Shown here piece by piece: positions 54,858 through 64,000 of a stretch of DNA of 64,000 nt. Location: contig OX597825.1 of NCBI GenBank assembly GCA_951406725.2, positions 58,032,001 through 58,096,000 of the forward strand, written 5' to 3'. The first letter of the stretch is position 1, and each line of letters opens with the position of its first letter. Under the pieces are notes generated by a model. The model was not told the origin of the DNA and searched no databases. It worked only from the letters and a program-made list of their open reading frames with translations. The DNA is from Octopus vulgaris. Lineage: Eukaryota. The translations under genes were made by a program, and so were the position numbers.

Positions 54858-54972
54858 TGACGAATGTTGGCGATGTGCGTGTGTGTGAGCGTGCTTTACA
54901 GTAATTATTCCATTATAATATGTGTGTGTGTATGCGTGTGTGTGTACATATGCGTATGTATATATGAATATA

Positions 54973-55040
<68 letters not shown>

Positions 55041-55732
55041 TTATATGATTGAATGCCACGCATCCTCTTCCAAGTAAGTTTTATTTTAATAATTCTGATG
55101 CGCACTCTATACGACCTTTTTACTCTTTCGTTTTTCTCTCTTTCTCTCTCTTATTCTTTTACCTCCTTTTCTCCCACTATTATATCCTATTACTCTGTCA
55201 CCCTCTCTCCTTCACTCTTTCTCCCTTGCTCCCGTTGCTCCCACATGACCATCAGCCATCTTCATTTCTTCTCTTAACTTGTGTTTCTTTCTCTCCGGTG
55301 TAGCTGGAACCAGGAAGACGTGTTCTTGTCTGTCTCCTGTCCAAACTTGATTTATGCGTTCGCCACCACAAACTCGTTTAGGCTTAGTAGCCCTCCCTGT
55401 TTGCTTTCACTGTACTGCTTGTGTTACCAATTTTGACCCTCCTCAAAATCCCAAATTTTATTTAATTTGCTTTGCAGGAGTAACTGTTTTATCGAAAGCG
55501 TATATTGTTAAATGCTCGAAACACGAGAGCAGAAAAACAGCCAAGAACTGATGAAGGGTCGTTCTTTATTTTTTCGTCTTGTTTTGCAATTCTGTCTTTC
55601 GTTGTTTAAAAAAATATTTCATATTCCATGTACTCGTACTTCGTATTTTTTGTTATACACGTTTCATGACGTCCTGTGCCTACATATGCATATACATACA
55701 TACATACATACATACATACATACATACATACA

Positions 55733-55764
<32 letters not shown>

Positions 55765-55843
55765 CATATATATAAACATGAATATATATATGTATATGTA
55801 TATATATAAAATACAAAATGGGACAAGAATGCAAAACATCCGG

Positions 55844-56076
55844 ACAACTAGGTGATACTTAAAGGGACAAAACATCCAGATATACGATACAAGAAAAAAC
55901 AAGGACGGGTCATTCGAAGCTTTCTATCCTCAGTCAAGAACCGGATCATCCTCGCAGAAATTGGATGATCCGGTTCTTGACTGAGGATAGAAAGCTTCGA
56001 ATGATCCGTCCTTGTTTTTTTTTTTTTGTATTGTCAATCTGGATGCTTTGCTGTCCTTTTAGTATCACCTAGTTGT
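55844..56076. repeat. Inverted repeat with ~110-bp arms and an 11-nt loop
   Basis: ACAACTAGGTGATACT...GGATCATCC pairs with GGATGATCC...AGTATCACCTAGTTGT. Flanked by TA repeats. Confidence 0.9.
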
Positions 56077-56462
56077 GATATATATATATATATATATATA
56101 TATTGGCCTGCTCGCTTAGCCAGCGGGGTGGCGTCATTCGAATGCTAAAACAATGCGAACGCATTGTGACCAGCGATGTGTAACAACATTTGATGGTCTG
56201 GTCGGTCACGTGATATGATATGATATATATATATATATATATCCTCTCTCATGTACTCCTCCACCTTTTTTATCAACTGTTTAGTGTTACTGGATTTAAT
56301 AACCGGGGCAACAAAAATGTCAATCTTCCCACACACAATCTATCATTCTCGCCGCTAACTTTTTCCTCTCTCCCTCTCTCTCTCCTTCTCTCTCTCTCTC
56401 TCTTTCTCTCTCTCCATCTCTCTCTCACACACACACACGCACACACCTGCACGCGCACACAC

Positions 56463-56518
<56 letters not shown>

Positions 56519-56948
56519 GCACACACGCACACACAGAATCTATCTGCCTGTCTCTGATACAAGAAGTTTCTTTCTGACGAACATCTCATTTTTCAAAATT
56601 CTATTTGCCCTTCTTATCTGTCTTTCTGTCTCGTAATTAAATATTATAGAAATATATTTTCCAATAAGAAGCACGAAACTGCTTCTATTTGGTCATTCAG
56701 CGTGCTAGGTACAGCATCCAAACGTATTTAAAAGAAGCCATAGGGTATATATGGTAACGTAGTCATAGATGTACATTCTTCCAGAGAGAGAGGAGATGGT
56801 CAACGCTGGGAAGCTTTTGTTCATAGGTTTGGATCCATCAGTCAGAGATGAGCCGGCTGCAAAGCTAGATAACGAAAGCATATTACGAGGAATTCGTTAC
56901 AACCGCTCCTCGATACTTGTACAATTGAAAATCTATTAAACTACACAG

Positions 56949-57004
56949 TCCTTAGGTCCTCACAACAATCAAATCTACTCAAATTACTCATTCTCTCCGA
57001 TTAA
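56949..57004 (+). CDS. Putative terminal exon of paralog 3 (VLRSSQQSNLLKLLILSD*); an alternative acceptor at 56955 gives a Thr-rich frame to 57314
   Basis: CACAG acceptor, phase-compatible with 54231-54312, homologous to 23063-23118. Confidence 0.3.
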
Positions 57005-57039
57005 CACAAGTTATCCATCATCACCACTGCCATCCCATT

Positions 57040-57082
<43 letters not shown>

Positions 57083-57889
57083 AACTATTACTACTACTAC
57101 TACTACTACTACTACAACTGCTGCTGCTGCTGCTACTACTACTACTATTACGACTACTACTACTACTAATACTGCTGCTACTACTACTACTACTACTACT
57201 ACTACTATTACTACTACTACTACTACTACTACTACTGCAACTAAGATGAATCAGTCCTTTCTTGCACCCAATGTCTCCCTCAATCTGAATGTATACCTCA
57301 CAGCTCCATCATAAATCTACCCAATGAAACTCAAAAATATGCCTTTGACAGGACGCATAATTCGTACAAGCAACACAAACCAACGCCAAAGGACACACCT
57401 CTCTAAACCACGGCTACCACTACCATTATCATCATCAAATGCTAAATCAAACTTAATAACTTCTGTACATGTAACCCGTAATCCAAAAATCTGCTGCTGT
57501 TGTCAACAGCATGACTTGAAGCCACCACCAAATCCACAGCAGAAACATCCCTTACAGTGACTTTCCGTAAAAGCCTGAAGTAACCAGATTTACAAGAGTA
57601 AAAATCAGCAGCCGCAAATCATAAAAACCAAAACTATATCCAACAGTAGAACCATAACAACTCCAGGCATCAACCCCTTGCAAAACTAGAGAATTCATAT
57701 TTAGCCGTGACGAATCTGGCAAAAACATTTGAAAATCCTTTTAGCTCTTACAAAGGTTCCTCCACGAACTCAACTCAACAATTCTCTTACACTTCACAAA
57801 TCGAACAAAAGTATCACATCTCAGAGACCTTATGCTCAAAGAAAAGAGAATATGTATAGCACTAAATAAGACTAACAAAATAAATAAAT

Positions 57890-60048
57890 AAATAAATGAC
57901 ACAACTATGTGTAATTCTCAATAGGGTATCTCATAGAAAAAGCCCATAAAAAAAACATGGGTACCCTGACTTTTGGTGTAGTTGCCTTTTTTCCTTACCT
58001 TTTTTCCCAACTATAGGCTTATGCTCAGGGCAGGCCTGTTCACTCACGCCATTCTCGCTACTTTCATCCATCTTTCAGCAAACATGCTAGAAGAAAACAC
58101 TTCCCTCTCTACCCTTATTTTCCTTTTCAAGTGAAACTTGAAGAAGTTCATCAGGAAATGGCCAAAGAGAAAAGTGTTTGCCTTCAGCTCTTTCAATCTC
58201 GTCCACCATAAAATTCCTTTGGCCATGGCAATCAGGAATATAAAAACAGCCTTTCCTTCCCAGTTAAAGGAAGACAATCTTCATGATGGATTCAGTTGAC
58301 AGTCGGATCCGTCCCACACGCGACAGCAATATTTCGACATAAGCCCACAGGTCAGCAATGCTTGGGCACTGAACTACTGCATGCAGAACCGCCTCATCGT
58401 TCTGTGCGCATCTCGAACATCCTCGGCTGACGGTACTTCCGTACCTGTAACGTTTATCTCGAACAGGCAAAGCTCCTCGGTAGCACTGCCAGACCAGAGA
58501 TTTTTGGAAATTATCCATTGGTCCCAACCCGAAAGTTTTCCGGAAAAGAGCGATTATTTTATCTTCTTCGACGTCCAGGGTTTTCCCAAGAACATCGTCG
58601 CACCTTTCCTCCACTAATCCTCTATAAAAGGCTGAAGTTGACGTTCGACCTATTGCACTGTCGGACCGACTGAGAGCTGTGAGTGCTTGAAGACATTCCA
58701 CTTTCCAAATGCTTTCCCTCGATCTTTGTTTTACCCGGGACTTCAGATCCGTTTAAGAAACCAGCTGCAGAAATATTTGTCTAGTGAACGGCGACCACAC
58801 CTTTTTATCGTCAAGGAAGCACTGGAGATGTCGTAGCCTCAGCGCATATCTGCGCATCATCAATAGCGGCATGCCCAGGCCATCACGCAGCGGGTGCTGA
58901 CAGCAGACAGACCGCCGGACCATCGGTACGCGCCCCTTCCACAAGAAGCGGAAGAGTATACACTCCAGCGTAATCAGACGGTTGTCAGGACAAGGCACAA
59001 CGGTCTGGCGATAGTAGTTGACAGACGTAATATATGCGTTAGCCACCTCTGCCCGACCTTTCAAGGATAGCTTTCTCTCGGCCCATTTCTGGGTGAGAGG
59101 AGTTACCCTGCTTGTTACCGCGTCCAGTTTTGTCCATCTGAAGGTCCGGACGGAACCAGACCCCGAGCAATTTAACCGGTCCCCCCCGGCGCTCAACGAC
59201 GCAGTTGGATGGCATGGACTTGCTTCTCCAGGTACCGAGCTTCAAGACCACTACTTTTTCTTGGTTAATTGTCGCTCCTGAAACCGCTTCGTAGTCCCTG
59301 AGAGCGGTGCCGATCATTCTATGTGTTTATGAACCGACACCACTACGTTGACGTCGTCGGAATCTGCCGACACATCTCTCACATCCTAGGTCACGCGGCG
59401 GGATGCCTCTCAACGCCTCCAGTTTCTGTAGTAGTGGCTCGAGAGTCAGTATGTACAAGAGAGACGAGAGAGGACAACCTTGCTAGACGAGCACATGATG
59501 CTGAACGGCTCTAAGAAGTAACCATTCAATCTGACCACTGAATACAGGCCTGAAACCAGCTGCCTTGAGAACGGCCGCCTGGTATAGATGGTTCAAAACC
59601 ACAAGAACCACGGTAAGCCATCGAGGTAGGTCGCGAAACCCATCATGTAACCCGGCTCACCGCTGCTCCCGAACAGTTGAGCAAAGCGCCGCTGAAAGGC
59701 TACACAATCTGTCTTTGACTAGTTATCATTTGCCCTTCGTGGTCCAGCAAGAATCGGATCATGGATTTATCGTCATGTCGTCCCTCTTTCACTAGGGCCC
59801 ATTGAATGGCTTTCGTCTCTTTGAGTATAAGTACTCGTGCCTTAGCTCTGACGACGCAACCTTCGTTTTTCGCGTTGAAGAATTGGTCGAGTGCCAATCT
59901 CACTGCGAGCACGTCGGTCACGATACTTTTTATAAAAGCGTCGTCTAACTTCTTGACTAGCTGTCTCTACTCTGTTTCTTTCTACTGCTAGTCCTTTCCT
60001 AAACCTTATCAACTCTATTCTAATCGCCTTTTCAAGGCGAACCACCAT
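57890..60048 (-). mobile_element. Tx1 LINE, internally deleted and degenerate
   Basis: GCVVRAK, SGATINQEK, KWAERKLSLKGRAEVANAY, MDNFQKSLVWQCYRGALPVRDK and CSRC...H...C. Confidence 0.85.
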
Positions 60049-60060
60049 TTGTGATAATGA

Positions 60061-60116
<56 letters not shown>

Positions 60117-60304
60117 AAACTTTAGAAATACCCTACAATCTAGAAGTATTACAAAAGTCGGCATTACTTTGGAACTGCATGCATATGGCGTAAAGTACTG
60201 TCTGTCTGAGATCCTTGTTGTGACTTGACAAATAGTACAAACCCCTGGTAGACACAATATCTTCAATCAACAGCCTCGCGATGTTTTATACTGTGCGACG
60301 TTTA

Positions 60305-60354
<50 letters not shown>

Positions 60355-60402
60355 TACTACTACTACTACTACTACTACTAATAATAATAATAATAATAAT
60401 AA

Positions 60403-60433
<31 letters not shown>

Positions 60434-60905
60434 AAGAAGAAGAAGAAGAAGAAGAAGATGATGATGATGAGGAGGAGGAGGAGGAGGAGGATGATGATGA
60501 GGATGGTGACGATGATTTCAGAAATTCAAAAATTCAACGATGTGGACATCAGTATACATATATTACTATTTTTACTATCAGTAATTTAAAATAGAACAAG
60601 GTCAGCGCACTCATCGCTAGTAGTAGTAAATACATTTGACCTTTGCTGACTCCATGGGTGCGGGGCCCCGTTTGTTTCCTTATCGCACAGGAAGGTCTAT
60701 TGCCGCGCCTCTCACCATCTGCCGAATCTGTTTACAGACATGTAGAATTTGGTCTATTCACCAAGCTGCTACTCTTCCTCCTACTATTCCCTTCAACTCT
60801 CACATATTTATGATTATCTCAAGTACAAGACAAAAGTTGAAACTAAACAATAATACCTTTTAATAATAAATGGAAATAATAATAATGATAATAATAATAA
60901 TAATA

Positions 60906-61002
<97 letters not shown>

Positions 61003-61059
61003 TAACAACAACAGCAACAACAACAACAACAATAATAATCATAATAATAATAATAATAA

Positions 61060-62176
61060 TATCTGCCAAGAAAAGAGGGAGGCCGTGGTCTTTTACAGCT
61101 GGCAATAATAATGAAGATTGCTACAATTTGCCTAGACACCTACTTGAAAAAGTCTGAGGACTGGATGTTAAAACTTGTCTCCAAAACATGAAAACAAGAA
61201 GGCATCATACTCAGTAACAAAACAGGCAAAGGAATATCTAAGTGAATTCCGAATACAACAAATTTCGGAATTAGAGATAGTCATACAAGAAACAAGCACA
61301 GGAAAAGCTAAGTGCATGAAAACCCGTGCCAAAACTGCGGCCTTAGATATTCTGAATAATAAATGGCAAGAAAAACCTCTCTATGGCAAATACCCAAAGA
61401 GAGCGAATAATGCAGATATTGACAAAGCCCTGACCCATCAATGGCTAATGGCCTCTGGCTTAAAATCTGAAACAGAAGGGTTTATCATAGCAGCTCAAGA
61501 CCAATGCCTACCAACAAAAAACTACCAGGCCAACATATTAAAGAACGGCAGTAGCCCAACATGTCGTGTATGCCGACAACAAAATGAAACCATTGATCAT
61601 GTTGTCTCCAAGTGCAGTCTTCTAGCGCCTACAGAGAAGCTCAACAGGCATGATAGTGTTGCACAATATATTCACAGGGTAATTTGCAAAAACCTGGATT
61701 TGCCCCATGAAAAACACTGGTGGGAACACAATCCACCTCCAGTGCTTGAAAATGACCACATCTCACTCCTCTGGAACTTCACCATTCAAACTGACAGAAA
61801 GATAGATGCAAACAGGCCAGAAGACTAAAACAATACCTGTTGTCATAGGTGCCCTGGAAATGATAGCGAAAGGGGCTGATTGCTACCTAACTCAGATTCC
61901 AGGAAACCCCAAAATGGCAGAAATTCAAAAGATAGTGCTCATGGGAACTGCTCATATCCTACGCAAAATACTCTCTATGTAATCTCAAGTTTTAAAACAA
62001 ACTTTTTTTTAAAAATTTATTTATTAGACATTCACTAGTACAACACCAAAAAAACCCCCCAAATATATGGCACACTAGGCATAACAACAACGTGAACTTC
62101 CAACCTGTTGTCTCTTGAGGTCTCTGGGTGAGACTTGGAGCCAACTTGTACAAACATAAAGCAAAAGTCAAACATA
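61060..62176 (+). mobile_element. R4/Dong LINE 3' fragment (family B) with an internal deletion
   Basis: LPRKEGGRGL, KWQEKPLYGKY, LKSETEGFIIAAQDQ, CRVC and RHD. Deletion after ANRP relative to 28713-29571. Preceded by (TAA)n. Confidence 0.92.
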
Positions 62177-62398
62177 TTCAGGGACCTTTTGAGCAGGATG
62201 GGTTACTTGGTATAAAAGATGGGGTACAGCAAATATTCTGCTCAATACCACAGATTTGCTTGTCAGTTGTTTAACCTTAACCAGTTGAGCATGTCTCTTA
62301 GTGGCTGATGATATGTACATCTCTGATCACGAGCAGAAGTAGTGGGGAGCATCATAGCCATATGTTGAGAGGGATTCTTTGGAGTTTGAATAATTCAC
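62177..62398 (+). mobile_element. Rearranged pieces of the ~550-bp element
   Basis: The ATTCAGGGACCTTTTGAG block (32466 in the reference copy) precedes the TTGGTATAAAAGATGG block (32228), so the order is permuted. Confidence 0.8.
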
Positions 62399-62399
62399 G

Positions 62400-62955
62400 T
62401 CTTCATTTCGCAAAGACTTGCTCCACCTGCCGAGAATCGTGACACGCCGTCGAGGTAGGCACTAAAGCCTATCCTGCGTTCCGGATCGCCACCCCACACC
62501 CCAAATAGTTGGATGAATTAACGCTGAAATGCCGCACACATTCGCCCACTTTAGTCCACCAAAGACCGATTTGTAGCTTTGTTGCCACGTTGAGGCCCTG
62601 CCACTCGGGCTCATCAAACGGCTTTAGTTCCATCGTTTCTTAGAACACGTGCCTTGGCTCTGACAATGTATCCTTCGTGTATAGCGTTGAAGAATTGGTC
62701 CAGGACCAAACTCACTGCCAGCACGTCGGTTATAATGCCTCTCCTAAGCTCCTCTTCTAAGTTCCTAACTAAGTTTCCCTCTATTCTATTTTTCTGTGAT
62801 GCTTTGTTAAACATAAACGATTCTATTCTAATTGCCCTTTTCAGGGCGTACCACCATTTATTGTTAAGTATCCACCCTGTTAACACCCGCTTAACTAATT
62901 TGCTAATCCGGTCTCTGTAAGCTTGGAACGCCAGAAGTGACGCGTTCATCCTCAC
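62400..62955 (-). mobile_element. Tx1 LINE internal fragment
   Basis: MNASLL....YRDRISKLVKR...NNKWW.ALKRAIR.ES, homologous to 14410-14700. Confidence 0.8.
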
Positions 62956-62959
62956 TAAA

Positions 62960-63920
62960 CGGGTTCCTGCTTACGTAGTCCCACTCATTAGGCACTCTAA
63001 CAATAGACTCCCTGTACTTGATACTGAACTTTGGATAGAGACCGTGAACAGCAGAGTTCAGCTCTTCCACTCTTATTACATGAAACCCATAGCTTCTAAA
63101 TATATTGCTCATAAGAATTCAGCTTTGTCACACAACATGAAAATCAACACACGGATAGCAGACTTAGTTTGGATAATGAATAACGAGTTTCCACTATGCG
63201 AGCCCGATGAAACAAAGAAACATGTACAGAATGCCATGCACCGCATGAAATGGATATGACCAGAAAGACAGGGTTCGGGTGTACAAGGAAGCGAGTAAGA
63301 AGTTAGCATTATATATAATGAAACCACTGATACCTGCCCTAAGTACAGAAGAAAAGACTAGAATAGGATACAGAGAGTTTGTGACAAAGAAAACAGGGTG
63401 AACACATGGTACATTCCCGAAAAATATCAAAGAGTGACGTTTGCAGAGGCCACAGCCCATGAAGAACTAGCCCGAAGATTTAGGAAAGCTCTGAAGGAGG
63501 CCAAACTCAACATTAAGATCGTTGAAAAACTAGGGAGCTCCATCAGATCACAATTATGTAGGATGTACCCTCTTGAGAATACCACATGCACCAATAAGAA
63601 CTACATGTTATGTAAGATTAATCCTGGCATTAACTGTAGAACTAGAAATGTAATCTACAGTATAAGGTGCATAGAGAGTGCTTGTAAAGACAAGAACATG
63701 ACATAGATTGGTGAGATATCTAGAAGCATTGCAGAGAGATTAAATGTACATTTGAGACAATATGACGATAAAAAGCAATCCTCCATACTCTACCAATATG
63801 TCAAAGACCAGCATTAGGTCGACTTAACATCCACGTTTTATCCAAGCATATGAAGGACCCAACACCCAGACAAATACAGGAGTACGTCCTCATCATAAAT
63901 GAAATATCTCCAGTACTCCA
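62960..63920 (+). mobile_element. Penelope-like element (Naiad-like) RT thumb and GIY-YIG endonuclease, degenerate
   Basis: NNRLPVLDTELW, HSYYMKP.AS...HKNSA, IKIVEK.G, C....C....CRTRNVIYSIRC and IGE.SRS..ERL..H. Confidence 0.8.
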
Positions 63921-64000
63921 TAGGAGATATACGTAGAAGGTAGGGACACCCCAATACCCACAGTTTATACATACACGGGTAGATTTGTTAATGGGCTGTT

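Noticed and set aside
57324-57875. Continuation of the mucin-like frame as host gene
   Set aside because: It lies beyond a stop, and NRTKVSHLRDLMLKEKRICIAL resembles a CR1 endonuclease start, so a LINE remnant is more likely.
63700-63712. In-frame stop in the Naiad GIY-YIG as selenocysteine
   Set aside because: The codon is TAG at the expected Tyr of YIG, which is an ordinary nonsense mutation.

Overview
AT-rich, microsatellite-saturated animal DNA, most likely octopus (inferred from SINE families I recognise from memory, not from a search). Almost the whole window is nested transposable-element debris. It contains several R4/Dong-clade RLE retrotransposons in (TAA)n arrays (one nearly full length, 48674-52637), Tx1/L1, CR1, RTE and CRE LINE remnants, two Penelope-like fragments, a solo LTR, hAT, pogo and Merlin-like DNA elements, Helitrons and two tRNA-derived SINE families. 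Most ORFs in the supplied track are microsatellite artefacts. Three signals stand out. (1) Three paralogous signal-peptide exons (MNT...C-L...G|GTAAGT) with homologous introns suggest a hidden, locally duplicated family of secreted peptides or proteins. (2) A ~550-bp non-coding element with no obvious Pol III promoter is repeatedly inserted in (TAA)n and looks like a non-autonomous partner of the Dong LINEs. (3) Minimal Penelope-type hammerhead ribozymes occur with three different base pairs at core positions 3:8 (C:G, G:C, U:A).
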